Below are positions 19,231-29,136 of a DNA stretch of 64,000 nucleotides, in pieces. Source of the DNA: Acidimicrobiia bacterium. Its GTDB lineage: Bacteria > Actinomycetota > Acidimicrobiia > Spongiisociales > Spongiisociaceae. Both the position numbers and the translations under genes were made by a program. Location: positions 2,327,616-2,391,615 of the forward strand of contig OZ241390.1 in NCBI GenBank assembly GCA_965200835.1, read 5' to 3'. Numbering within the stretch: the stretch's first letter is position 1; every line of letters begins with the position of its first letter. Below the pieces are notes generated by a model that was given only the letters and a program-made list of their open reading frames with translations, ran no database searches and was not told the DNA's origin.

Positions 19231-19859
19231 CTGTCGCCCTCTACATCTGGAACGCTCGGGTGGCTGGAAGCTTCGGGGAGTTGTTTCACCATGTTGAAGT
19301 ACTGGTCCGCAAAGCGATGCACGACCAACTTACTGCTCTGCACGCGCAGGTTTCCGATCGTCCATCCCACAAAGCCTGGTTCGATGAACCTAGCTGGGCC
19401 AAGCATCACTGGTTCAGCGATCGTGCTCGATAACAGATAGAGAAGGCGAAACAGCGAGATAAGAAGGTACGAAGTCACCTGGAACCAGGAATGGTTGTTG
19501 CTAACCTTACGTTCGGATTCTGGCGCTACCTCGCCAGCGTCCGATATGAGCAAAGTTTCTGGATCCCCGCCCTTGACAAAGCCTTCACTGCACCGGGCAG
19601 GCATGCCGGGGAGAGTCGCCAAGCGGTTGAACACCGACTAGCACCGCTCCTCAGACTCAGGAACCGCATTTCACACTGCGAACCTATTATCCGCCCCATC
19701 CGATACAGAGTCCGAGGCCACCCCGAGGTTACCAGAACTCTCGACCAGCTATACGGCGACGCAGTCGAACTAGTGACATTCGTTTCCCCGACTGCTGGTC
19801 TCTGGCTTGAACACGAAACCCGCCATCTTCGTCACCTCCTTGATACCAGACCTAGCTGA
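19130..19859 (+). pseudogene. Abi-like (AbiD/F, HEPN-type) protein, disrupted
   Basis: LERLISAERF, frameshift near 19225, ALYIWNARVAGSF..LFHHVEV.VR, in-frame TAA at 19431, LTFGFW, LRNRISHCEPI (R-x4-H). Confidence 0.75.
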
Positions 19860-20042
19860 TTGTCATCCGACGGCAGCTACAAGTGACGAGACCCATCCGC
19901 CGACCTGCTGGCTGATTTGAGCGGCTATGAGGTTGGGCTGCTTATGTAGGCTCTAACAGCTCTTCGGACGGTTCCGTGGCGCGTGTGATGGGCGTCGAGA
20001 AGGGACAGCCTTATCCTTGGGGCCTACGATAGAACGACTCGC

Positions 20043-21485
20043 CTAGTCGAGGTCTTCCAGATGGGTACCGCTCAACCTGTCGCCCAGCAGGACGAGTCGG
20101 CGTCTCGTCACTTCCAAGCTGGTGGCGAGAACATAACCGCCATCCTCGGGTTTTCTGATGGCACCGATCAACGGATTGGAGAGGGCAGCGAGTAGAGACT
20201 CGATCTGTTCCTCCGTGTCTGCCAAGGTCTCATCATCGAGGCGTATCCACAGATCCCGCGCCGTCATGGGGTCGAAACGAGGGCAGTCGTTCGCTAGTGT
20301 CTCAACAATGTGAGCAGCAGTTGCCATCAAGTCGGCTGTTTGTTCATTCGCCGTTTCGATGTCAAGTGTATCTACCTCACCGCCCCCCTCGAAGAGGTAC
20401 CGATAGACGTCCAGACCTACAGGCGCACGGGCATGTTGACGGACGATTCCAGCGAGCTGTCCGGCGGACAGCACTCTGACCCCATGCTCCTCAGCACGCT
20501 GGAAAAGGCGGCTACCCGTCGGGTTCGGACCTATCAGCAACGAGTGATGTGCTTCGTGCTTGTCACGATGCTCTTTGAGGGTTGGCCAGTCAACTTGGGA
20601 GTCGCGAAGGGACCCAGCTGCCGTTGTCTTGGCATCTACTGTAACTCGGTAAGAATGATCCCGTCCCATCTGGGCGTCCAGTAGTACATCCGTCTTACCA
20701 GGTCCGCCAAGCAGAATCGCCCGGAACCCTAAGAACTTGAAGGCATCTCGGACTGCTCGTTCAAATCGTCTATGATCGGTTGTATCGGTCGCTGAGTCGA
20801 TGATCTCATTGGCTAGGTCCGTAGGATCCTCGGACTCGACAAGTCCAACTTGGTCCTCGGCAGTACCGGTATCCGTTGATGTGCCCATCTTGTCATCCGA
20901 CTCTCGGCGCTGGGCATGTGGCCTGGAGTCCGGATCGAATAGCTCCATCCGTGAGGCGAGTTCCAACCCCTTCGAAGTGGTTTTCCAGGTGCCCTCGGGG
21001 TCAGAATCCAGGAGTCCTGCCGAGTGCAGCCAACCTCGCCTATGGGTCAGCGGGCCAGTCGTTTCCCAGTTCATATTGTATCGATCTCTCGCAACAGCTA
21101 ATAGCTGTTCCTTATCACGACCGCCTGAGAGTTCGGTGAGCATTTCGCCTACGAAACGGCACTTCGAATGGATCAGTGCCACTATGAGTCTGTCATCTCT
21201 CTCTTCTAGCCAACGGCGGGTCCAGCTGGTCAAGCTATAACTACCGTCTTCTATATCTATGAGCCCAGCACGTCTCAGAAAGCCGATAATGATTCGTGTG
21301 CCATAGGGGTTGTAGTTGAACTCAGGTGAGAACCACTCAATCAACTCACTTGGAGTAGGACGAGTTTCGTCTACTCTAGCGGCAATCTTTGACAGGCTTC
21401 GGAAATGGTTCGTATAGCCGCCGGGAAGGGCATCGACCGACTTCGCTCGCTGGTCCCACGGAAGAACCTTGGGAAGTGCAGCCAT
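20043..21485 (-). CDS. Restriction-endonuclease-like protein: two winged-helix domains plus Mrr-type PD-(D/E)XK domain
   Basis: FERAVRDAFKFLGF...GGPGKTDVLL...VDAKTT catalytic pattern; FLRRAGLID and WLHSAGLLD wHTH motifs; GGAGGAGAG RBS before ATG 21485. Confidence 0.75.
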   Translation of the reverse strand: MAALPKVLPWDQRAKSVDALPGGYTNHFRSLSKIAARVDETRPTPSELIEWFSPEFNYNPYGTRIIIGFLRRAGLIDIEDGSYSLTSWTRRWLEERDDRLIVALIHSKCRFVGEMLTELSGGRDKEQLLAVARDRYNMNWETTGPLTHRRGWLHSAGLLDSDPEGTWKTTSKGLELASRMELFDPDSRPHAQRRESDDKMGTSTDTGTAEDQVGLVESEDPTDLANEIIDSATDTTDHRRFERAVRDAFKFLGFRAILLGGPGKTDVLLDAQMGRDHSYRVTVDAKTTAAGSLRDSQVDWPTLKEHRDKHEAHHSLLIGPNPTGSRLFQRAEEHGVRVLSAGQLAGIVRQHARAPVGLDVYRYLFEGGGEVDTLDIETANEQTADLMATAAHIVETLANDCPRFDPMTARDLWIRLDDETLADTEEQIESLLAALSNPLIGAIRKPEDGGYVLATSLEVTRRRLVLLGDRLSGTHLEDLD

Positions 21486-21564
21486 CTCTCCTCCGGATTG
21501 TGAACCACTGTCAAGCATATCTAAGGGTAACCCAGATCCGTTCGGTACGTGGCACAGTGGGTTA

Positions 21565-22130
21565 CAGAGTGCCGTACGTAACTTGCCCACTCTTCCGGGC
21601 GCTCGATGAGCGGGACCGCGCCTGGATATGCGCCAAAGTAGATGTATTGGTCCAGTGACCAGCCGAAGCCGTCGCGCATCTCGGAGAAACTCCAGTGGGG
21701 CATCAGCGTGGTCTGGAACCTACCTGCCAGACTTTCGGAGAAGCCCCGCTGGATTAGAAGGGGGGCGGAGCCCATGAGGACCACCTGGATGTTCCAGCGC
21801 AGACGGGTGTCCTCGTCCCACAGGTACTTGACAATGCCTGACCACTAGCGAACCTTCTGTACCTCATCGATCACCAGCAGCGCAGACCCGTGCTCGGCTT
21901 GCCGGGCTAGGAGGCGAGCTACTTCCCATTGCTGCTCGACCCAAGTGAGGCTACGCAGGCAGGGGTGGTCAGCGTCGGCATAGTGGGCCGGCAGGTCGAT
22001 CTTCCGGAGGACTTGCAGGACCATCGTGGTCTTGCCAACCTGCCTGGGTCCGGTAACCACTTGGATGAACCGGCGCGGTTGACGCAACCGGCGGACCAGT
22101 TCGGCGACTTGGGGACGGGTATGGGCCTCA
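21565..22130 (-). pseudogene. N-terminal fragment of AAA+ ATPase/DUF4143 protein
   Basis: GPRQVGKTT Walker A, LVIDEVQK Walker B, in-frame TAG at 21845, GSAPLL..G.SESLAGRF, FGAYPG; no start codon; breaks after WASYVRHS. Confidence 0.8.
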
Positions 22131-22135
22131 GCGCC

Positions 22136-23335
22136 TTACCCGGTTGTACCCACCAGGTCGTGGAGTCGGGTCAGGCCGGTCACGAGGTCTTCATCGCTCA
22201 GGGCATAGGAGAAGCGGGCGTAACCGGGTGCTCCGAACGCCTCGCCCGGAACGAACGCCACACCGGCCTGGTCGAGGAAGGCATCGGCCAACTCCAGAGC
22301 GGTGGCCGGGCGAGCCTCACCTACCTGGCTCCCCAGCAAGCCGCGGACTGAGGCGAAGCAGTAGAACGCGCCCTGCGGTTCCGGACAATCGATACCTCTG
22401 GTCTCGTTGAGCATCCGATGCATGGTCCGGCGGCGCCGATCGAATGCCTCTCGCATCATGTAGACATCATCGAGGGAACCGGAAATGGCTTGCAACGCAC
22501 CGGCCTGGGCCACGTTGCACACGTTGGAGGTCAGATGTCCCTGGAGTTTGACCGACCCGGAGATCACCTCGGCCGGTCCGATCATCCAGCCGACCCTCCA
22601 CCCGGTCATAGCGTAGGTCTTGGCAACCCCATTCACTACGAGGCATTGCGTGGCCAACTCGGGAACCTCCACCGGCAGGGACAAGAAGGAAGCGTCGCCG
22701 TAGACCAGGTGTTCGTAGATCTCGTCGGTCATCACCCACACTCCTCGCTCCACCGCCCAGTTGCCGATGGCCGCCACCTCCTCGCGGCTATAGACCGCAC
22801 CGGTCGGGTTGGAGGGGGACACGAAAATCAGCAGCTTCGTGCGGGGTGTCCAAGCTGCTTCTAGCTGGTCGACCGTCACCTTGAAACCGCTGTTCTCATC
22901 GGTCGCCAGAGGAACGGTCACGCCACCGGCCAGATCCACAACAGCTGGGTAGGTCACCCAGTAGGGGGCAGGTAGGAGTACTTCGTCACCCGGGTCGACT
23001 AAGCAATGGATAGCGGTATATACGGCCTGTTTACCTCCGTTCGTAACCAGCACCTGATTAGGTTCTATCTCGTATCCGGAGTCTCGGAGGGTCTTGGTAG
23101 CCACTGCCTCCCGGAGAGCCGGAAGTCCGGGTGCCGGGGTGTACTTGTGCATTGCCGGACTAGAGGCCGCCTCGATTGCTGCGGCCACGATCGGAGCGGG
23201 GGTTGGGAAGTCCGGCTCACCCGCGCCGTAGCCGATCACCGGATGGCCGGCGGCCCGCAATGCCTTGGCCTTGGCCGTGATGGACATGGTGGCCGATTCC
23301 TCCATGGCTTCGATTCGCTGCGATAATCCTGGCAT
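22136..23335 (-). CDS. aspC: Aspartate/class I-II PLP aminotransferase
   Basis: [46 protein letters not shown]. Confidence 0.92.
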   Translation of the reverse strand: MPGLSQRIEAMEESATMSITAKAKALRAAGHPVIGYGAGEPDFPTPAPIVAAAIEAASSPAMHKYTPAPGLPALREAVATKTLRDSGYEIEPNQVLVTNGGKQAVYTAIHCLVDPGDEVLLPAPYWVTYPAVVDLAGGVTVPLATDENSGFKVTVDQLEAAWTPRTKLLIFVSPSNPTGAVYSREEVAAIGNWAVERGVWVMTDEIYEHLVYGDASFLSLPVEVPELATQCLVVNGVAKTYAMTGWRVGWMIGPAEVISGSVKLQGHLTSNVCNVAQAGALQAISGSLDDVYMMREAFDRRRRTMHRMLNETRGIDCPEPQGAFYCFASVRGLLGSQVGEARPATALELADAFLDQAGVAFVPGEAFGAPGYARFSYALSDEDLVTGLTRLHDLVGTTG

Positions 23336-23377
23336 TGAACGTTCTCCCGCTCGGGCTACTGGGATGGAAAGATAGAC

Positions 23378-24502
23378 ATGACTGAGGATGTCAGGATCAG
23401 GATACCGAAGGATCTCCTACCTTCCGATGGCCGATTCGGTTCTGGTCCATCTCGAGTGCGGCAGAGCGCGCTCGACTCGCTAGCAGCATCCGGCACCTCT
23501 TACATGGGCACATCCCATCGGAGACCGGGTGTGCGGGCCATGGTGGGACGCCTGCGGCAGGGTCTGCAGGAGATGTTCGGCCTACCCGAAGGCTACGAAG
23601 TGGTTCTGGGTAACGGCGGAGCTACCGGATTCTGGGATGCCTCCACCTTTGGTCTGATAGAGCGAGCCAGCCAACACCTGTGTTTTGGGGAGTTCTCATC
23701 GAAGTTCGCCCGGGCAGTGGTCGGCGCTCCACATCTCGATCCTCCCCAGGTCATCGAGTCGCCACCGGGCACTCACCCGCTTCCGGAGCCTTCCGATCGC
23801 ATCGATGTCTACGCCCTCACCCACAATGAGACCTCTACCGGCGTCACCATGCCGATCAGGCGAGTGGCGGCGGAAGGGCTCACCATGGTTGACGCCACCT
23901 CAGCTGCCGGTGGTACTCCAGTAGATCCCGAGCAGTTCGACCTCTACTATTTCTCACCCCAGAAGGCCTTGGCAGCTGATGGAGGGCTCTACCTGGCTCT
24001 CTGCTCGCCGAGGGCGATCGAACAGATCCAGCGGGTTGCCTCCTCCGGTCGCTGGATACCCCCGTTCCTCTCGCTGGCTTCGGCCGTCTCCAATTCCCGG
24101 AAGGATCAGACCTATAACACCCCAGCTCTGGCCACCATCTATCTGCTCACCGATACCGTTGAGTGGATCAATCAGCACGGCGGTTTGACATGGTCCGTCG
24201 AGCGCTGCACTCGCAATGCAGAGCTGCTGTATGGCTGGGCCGATGCCCATCCCATGGCAGATCCCTTTGTCACTGATCCGGCCACTCGCTCCTTGGTCTC
24301 CGCCACCATCGACTTCCACTCACCTGTCTCGGGCGATGATTTGGCCGCGACTTTGCGGGCCAACGGGGTGGTGGATACCGAGTCCTACCGTAAGCTGGGC
24401 CGCAACCAGCTGCGTATAGGAATCTGGCCTGCCATTCCGCCATCCGACATCGAGGCCTTGATCGCCTGTCTGGAGTATGTGATCGACCGGAGTGTCGACT
24501 GA
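23378..24502 (+). CDS. serC: Phosphoserine aminotransferase (actinobacterial type)
   Basis: [49 protein letters not shown]. Confidence 0.95.
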   Translation: MTEDVRIRIPKDLLPSDGRFGSGPSRVRQSALDSLAASGTSYMGTSHRRPGVRAMVGRLRQGLQEMFGLPEGYEVVLGNGGATGFWDASTFGLIERASQHLCFGEFSSKFARAVVGAPHLDPPQVIESPPGTHPLPEPSDRIDVYALTHNETSTGVTMPIRRVAAEGLTMVDATSAAGGTPVDPEQFDLYYFSPQKALAADGGLYLALCSPRAIEQIQRVASSGRWIPPFLSLASAVSNSRKDQTYNTPALATIYLLTDTVEWINQHGGLTWSVERCTRNAELLYGWADAHPMADPFVTDPATRSLVSATIDFHSPVSGDDLAATLRANGVVDTESYRKLGRNQLRIGIWPAIPPSDIEALIACLEYVIDRSVD

Positions 24503-24571
24503 ACGGACCGTGTGTTACTACTGTCGGGAGAGGAGACCCGGCTGGTGAGGGTTACTGTCGGCGATCGGGTC

Positions 24572-25135
24572 TCAGCCCTTCTTGAAGAGTTTCTTCACCC
24601 CTGACGACAATTCCGATCCGACGGTCGATGCCACCAGAGAAATACCCTTCACTTCTCCGGCGCTGATGTCGGAAGCTGCTTGATCGTCTCCGGCCTGGAG
24701 TTTCGCCTCGAGGCAGGAGACGAAGTCCTTGATGAGTCGCTTGGAGATCTGGTTTATCAGACCCGTCCGGCCGAACTGGGCGGCGGCCCCCGAGATGGTG
24801 ATGTTGGCGTCCACCGATACCAGCGCACCCTCGCCGGCGGGAGCGATCGAGTAGTCGACCTTCACCTGACCTCTGGATCCTCCCCGCCGGTCCACACCCT
24901 TGCCGGTTATCCGGCCGGTCATCGTGTCGGGATCGGAGGCCACCTGGGCTTCACCCTCGAACCCGGCGGTCATAGGTCCCAGCCGCACCGATACGACACC
25001 CTTGTAGGTGCCATCCCCAAGATCTTCGGTTAGCTTGGCGCCCGGCATGCACTGGGCAACCGCCGGGACATCCTGGAAGAACCGGAAGACGCCTTCGGCG
25101 CTGCTAGCAACCTGAAACTCCTGTGTGATCTTCAT
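24572..25135 (-). CDS. CoxG/SRPBCC family protein
   Basis: DVPAVAQCMPGAKL, VRLGPM, GAAAQFGR.GLI. Confidence 0.88.
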   Translation of the reverse strand: MKITQEFQVASSAEGVFRFFQDVPAVAQCMPGAKLTEDLGDGTYKGVVSVRLGPMTAGFEGEAQVASDPDTMTGRITGKGVDRRGGSRGQVKVDYSIAPAGEGALVSVDANITISGAAAQFGRTGLINQISKRLIKDFVSCLEAKLQAGDDQAASDISAGEVKGISLVASTVGSELSSGVKKLFKKG

Positions 25136-25183
25136 TCTCTTACCTCCGAACTCCTGCCGGCATGGTAGTTGGCAAAGGTCAGT

Positions 25184-26515
25184 TCAACCCAAGGACCACT
25201 GCTTCTGGGATGCGCGGGCCTTGTCCATGTCGACGAAGGCCAGCAGGACTCCTCCGATGATGAAGAAGGCGATGACCGAGAGTATGGCGGGTCGTCCCGA
25301 CCCGGTGCGGTGGCTCACCAGGCTGAACACCAGCGGTCCCCAGATGGCCGAGAACTTGGAGAACACGCTGTAGAAGCCGAAGAACTCGGCGGATGCTTCC
25401 TCCGGGATCATGGTGGCATACATGCTGCGGCTCAACGCCTGCACCGCACCGAGGATCCAGCCGATCACCACGGCTATCAGGTAGAACGGGACGACCTCTC
25501 CGGCCGGCAGGTAAGAGGCCACCACGGTAACTAGTGCCCAGACCACCAGAGACCAGAGTACGGACCACTTGGCCCCGATCCTGTCCGCCAGCATTCCGAA
25601 GAACAAGGCTCCCCCGAAGGCCACGAACTGCACGATCAGATAGGCGATCGCAATCTGGGCGAGACTCAGATCCAGGGTTCCGGCTGCATAGGAGCCGGAG
25701 ATGTTGATGACGGTCTGGGTACCGTCGTTATAGAAGATGAAGGCGATCACGAAGAGCATCAGCTGGGGAAATCCGACCAGCTTGCGGGCAGTCCGCCACG
25801 TCCTACCGAACCCGATGGCTGTATAGGCTCGCCAAGGGCGTAGCTGCCGGTAGCGATCCGGGAGCTGGGAGGCGTCCCCGACCTCCGGCAAGCGGCGCAG
25901 GGCATAGAGGGTGAATCCAATCCACCACAGGCCGGATCCGAAAATGCCAACCCGAGCCGCTCCGGTGGTCGTCAAGCCTGTCAGGCCGCCGTCCCCGCTT
26001 GCCAGCACCAGTCCCAATGCCAGCAGGAGGTAGAGACCACCTCCGATGTAACCGTAGGCAAATCCCTTGGAGGACACCCGGTCTATAGTGTCCGGGGTCG
26101 TCAGGTGGGGAAGGATCGCGTCATAGAAGACGTTGGACGCCACGAACCCGATGTGAGCGCACAGTGCCACCAGCACGAACCAGGGCACCGCACCATCGGG
26201 TACGAATGGGAGCGCCAACGCCATCACGCCGCCCGCTAAGGCGTAGTTGCGGAGAAACCTCCGTCTGGCGGAATTGAGGTCGGCGATCGCTCCGAGGACC
26301 GGCATCATGAGGAAGAGGGCGAAGGAACCGAACGACACCACCGCCGCCCATATGGTCTCGCCCGACCAGCCGTTCCATCCTGCCTCGGGAACTATCGTGT
26401 CCACGAAGAAGGGAGCGACTATCGCTCCGAGCGCGGTTGCGAAAGCAGAGTTGGCCCAGTCGTACATGGCCCAGCCGACGATGGTCTTGCGGTCATTACG
26501 CACGGTAGTTGTCAA
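25184..26515 (-). CDS. MFS transporter, UMF1/ATG22 family
   Basis: WAMYDWANSAF, FYDAILP, VSSKGFAYGYIGG, QALSRS, EFFGFY. Confidence 0.9.
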   Translation of the reverse strand: MTTTVRNDRKTIVGWAMYDWANSAFATALGAIVAPFFVDTIVPEAGWNGWSGETIWAAVVSFGSFALFLMMPVLGAIADLNSARRRFLRNYALAGGVMALALPFVPDGAVPWFVLVALCAHIGFVASNVFYDAILPHLTTPDTIDRVSSKGFAYGYIGGGLYLLLALGLVLASGDGGLTGLTTTGAARVGIFGSGLWWIGFTLYALRRLPEVGDASQLPDRYRQLRPWRAYTAIGFGRTWRTARKLVGFPQLMLFVIAFIFYNDGTQTVINISGSYAAGTLDLSLAQIAIAYLIVQFVAFGGALFFGMLADRIGAKWSVLWSLVVWALVTVVASYLPAGEVVPFYLIAVVIGWILGAVQALSRSMYATMIPEEASAEFFGFYSVFSKFSAIWGPLVFSLVSHRTGSGRPAILSVIAFFIIGGVLLAFVDMDKARASQKQWSLG

Positions 26516-26654
26516 GGGCTTCTCCTTGGACGATGGCCCACCGGATTGACGGTAGCACCGTACGTTGTTGCTCGGCTCCCTTCAGCGGGAGGCGGCAGGA
26601 GAGCGCTTGTATGATCACCGCCAGCCGCCCGGGGCACATCCCTACGATGGGCGG

Positions 26655-28061
26655 ATGCATCCGTACGTGATCACCGTTGCCCTGGCTGTGGCGGCCCTCG
26701 TTTCGTGTGGTGGGGCTGAGGAGCCGATGGCGGTCACGGCTCCCCCGATCGAAGCAACGAATGCCCCTTCGACTACCGCTACTCCCGAGCTGGCACGCCC
26801 GGCTACGCCCACTACCAGCTCGAGGCCGGAGCCGCCCAACACCAGCGCTGTGACCACGGCGGGCTCCATCGAGGTGGCACCCGAGTCGTCGACCGTCGCA
26901 TCCACAACGTCCGAATCCACAACCTCCATCGTGGTACCCGCAATGTCCGAGTCGCCGACCTCCGTGGTGGCACCGGGAACGTCCGAGCTTCCGACCACCA
27001 CCCTCGGACGGTTGCGCTCGCTCGCGTATGTGGAGGTTGCCACGGTCGACTACCCGATCGATCTGGCGCCCGTTCCCGGTACCGACCTGTTGGCGATCGC
27101 CTCGAAGGAAGGGAGGATCTGGCTACACGGGCCTGATGGTCTGCAACCGGAGCCGCTGCTCGACATCCGGGAACTGGTCCGCAACCGGGGCGAGCAGGGA
27201 CTGCTCGGGATGGCCTTCGCCCCCGATTCCATGGCGACCGGTAGGTTGTTCCTCCACTACTCGGATCTCGACGGAGCGACGGTGCTGTCCGAGTACATAG
27301 TGGATCCCGAACCCCTACGCGCAGGGTCAGGAACGGTCCTACTGCGTATTCAACAGCCCGCCTCCAACCACAACGGAGGGACGATCCTCTTCGGCCCCGA
27401 CGGTTATCTATATGTGGGTCTAGGGGATGGTGGCCGGGCCAACGACGCCTTTGGCCACGGTCAGAACGACCGCAGCGTGCTCGGTGCGCTGCTCAGGTTT
27501 GATGCCTCGGTCCCGGGTGTTCTCACTCCGGCCCCGGGCAATCCCTATCCGGAACCGTCGGTGTGGGCGATTGGGTTACGCAACCCATGGCGCTTCGCCA
27601 TCGACCGTATGTCCGGGTTGCTGGTGATCGCCGATGTGGGACAGAACCACTTCGAGGAGATCTCTGTAGCCCCGTTCGACGAGCCGGGCCTCAACTACGG
27701 ATGGCCGATCACCGAAGGTCTCCACTGCTTCCGGCCCTCTTCCGGATGTGACGCCGCCGGGTTGACGCTCCCCGTCCTCGAGATCGAGCACGGAGACGGG
27801 GGAACCTGTTCGATTACCGGCGGAGTGGTTTATCGCGGATCCGCCATCCCCGAGATGTACGGTCACTACCTGTTTTCCGACTACTGCGGTGGTTACCTGC
27901 GCAGCTTCCCGATCGAGAATCCGGAAGCCCCCGGCGTCGACTGGACCGATCAGGTAGGCAACGCCGGGCAGGTGGTGTCCTTCGGAACCGACGCCGCCGG
28001 AGAGGTGTACGTGCTGACGGAAGAAGGCTCCGTCCTTCGCCTGGAGGCCGACCGAGGGTGA
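26655..28061 (+). CDS. PQQ-dependent sugar dehydrogenase (GSDH family) lipoprotein
   Basis: LVSC lipobox, Ser/Thr stalk, GEQGLLGMAF, NHNGG, GLRNPWRF, DVGQ, NYGWP, SFGTD. Confidence 0.9.
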   Translation: MHPYVITVALAVAALVSCGGAEEPMAVTAPPIEATNAPSTTATPELARPATPTTSSRPEPPNTSAVTTAGSIEVAPESSTVASTTSESTTSIVVPAMSESPTSVVAPGTSELPTTTLGRLRSLAYVEVATVDYPIDLAPVPGTDLLAIASKEGRIWLHGPDGLQPEPLLDIRELVRNRGEQGLLGMAFAPDSMATGRLFLHYSDLDGATVLSEYIVDPEPLRAGSGTVLLRIQQPASNHNGGTILFGPDGYLYVGLGDGGRANDAFGHGQNDRSVLGALLRFDASVPGVLTPAPGNPYPEPSVWAIGLRNPWRFAIDRMSGLLVIADVGQNHFEEISVAPFDEPGLNYGWPITEGLHCFRPSSGCDAAGLTLPVLEIEHGDGGTCSITGGVVYRGSAIPEMYGHYLFSDYCGGYLRSFPIENPEAPGVDWTDQVGNAGQVVSFGTDAAGEVYVLTEEGSVLRLEADRG

Positions 28062-28070
28062 CCTAGGAGC

Positions 28071-28241
28071 TCATCGCTCCCGCTTCACGCCCTTGAACGG
28101 TCCGCCCGACTTCTTCGTAGCGACGAATTGTCCCGTCTTGGTATCGCGCTTCGTCCATAGACCCGTCTCCGGGTCTCGGACCTGGCTTCGACCCCTTACC
28201 GCTCCATACCGACCGCCGCCCCTTGCTCCGTTCTTTGCCAC
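28071..28241 (-). CDS. 56-aa basic microprotein (not in ORF track)
   Basis: GTG start with AAGAAGGGA RBS; VAKNGARGGGRYGAVRGRSQVRDPETGLWTKRDTKTGQFVATKKSGGPFKGVKRER*. Confidence 0.75.
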   Translation of the reverse strand: MAKNGARGGGRYGAVRGRSQVRDPETGLWTKRDTKTGQFVATKKSGGPFKGVKRER

Positions 28242-28420
28242 GACTCGGTCCCTTCTTTACCCTGTGATACCAGGATAATCTCGCCAGACCGGTTTGCCCC
28301 ATCAGTGGGAGGTTTAGGGAGATGGTATCGTTCGGCACCCACGCTGCTGGCAAGGTCTACATCCTGGCGGCAGATGGATCGTGCTTCGCCTCGAAGCTGT
28401 GCAGCAGATCCGCCAGGTGT

Positions 28421-28588
28421 TCAGCGGTTCCGTTCCTCCTTGAACGATTCACACGATTTGTCAGTGGTCGCGCGTTGTTCTCGTGAAGGTGCATGCTTAT
28501 TCCAGAGGTCTCTCTTCGGGTTCTTTACCGGCCTCCGGCTCCTCACGACGCCGTACCGGCCGCCGCCTCTTGCTCCATCTTTGGCCAC
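28421..28588 (-). CDS. 55-aa diverged paralog of the 28071-28241 microprotein
   Basis: GTG start with AAAGAGGGG RBS; VAKDGARGGGRYGVVRSRRPVKNPKRDLWNKHAPSREQRATTDKSCESFKEERNR*. Confidence 0.55.
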   Translation of the reverse strand: MAKDGARGGGRYGVVRSRRPVKNPKRDLWNKHAPSREQRATTDKSCESFKEERNR

Positions 28589-28968
28589 TTGGTACCCCTC
28601 TTTGTTGGTATGTTCCTCGTTGGTATATTCTTCGTGATCTCAGTCTTCATCATGAGAGTAGTAGGACTTCCTATACTCGCAGTAAAATCAACGTCAATGA
28701 GCAGCTCCTTTCGGCGAACTGTAAAGGGTAAGAGCAGGCGTATGAGATCGCCTTGTCTGACCTCAGGTTGAAACTCTCGGACGATATCTACGGGTAGGTG
28801 CATCTGGTACGCGGTTGACGCTGACGCATGGTCGATACCGGTCAGGACGACCTCGTGAACGGCTCGCTGCCGCCAGTCGCGGGTGCGGTCTAGTAGGGTG
28901 AAAGTCAGGTCCCTGCGGTCCGTGAGATCGAAGTAGTGCGGTCCTTCTGGTCTCATGTCTGTGGGCAC
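28543..28968 (-). CDS. Hypothetical protein, probably C-terminally truncated
   Basis: GGAGG RBS and protein-like first ~110 aa; the tail overlaps the microprotein copy in another frame. Confidence 0.45.
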   Translation of the reverse strand: MPTDMRPEGPHYFDLTDRRDLTFTLLDRTRDWRQRAVHEVVLTGIDHASASTAYQMHLPVDIVREFQPEVRQGDLIRLLLPFTVRRKELLIDVDFTASIGSPTTLMMKTEITKNIPTRNIPTKRGTKWPKMEQEAAAGTAS

Positions 28969-29136
28969 GGCCTCCCCACCGGGGCCGGGACCATGTAGTC
29001 GGGACTCCGAGTCGGCACCGGGACCAAGGTCAATGGGGCTCCCACGTGTATCGCGTTTACTGACACTCTAATGTGATATGCAACCTAATACGATGAACAC
29101 GGGGATCGTGAGAGAACCTATCGGGGAAGTCGACTG

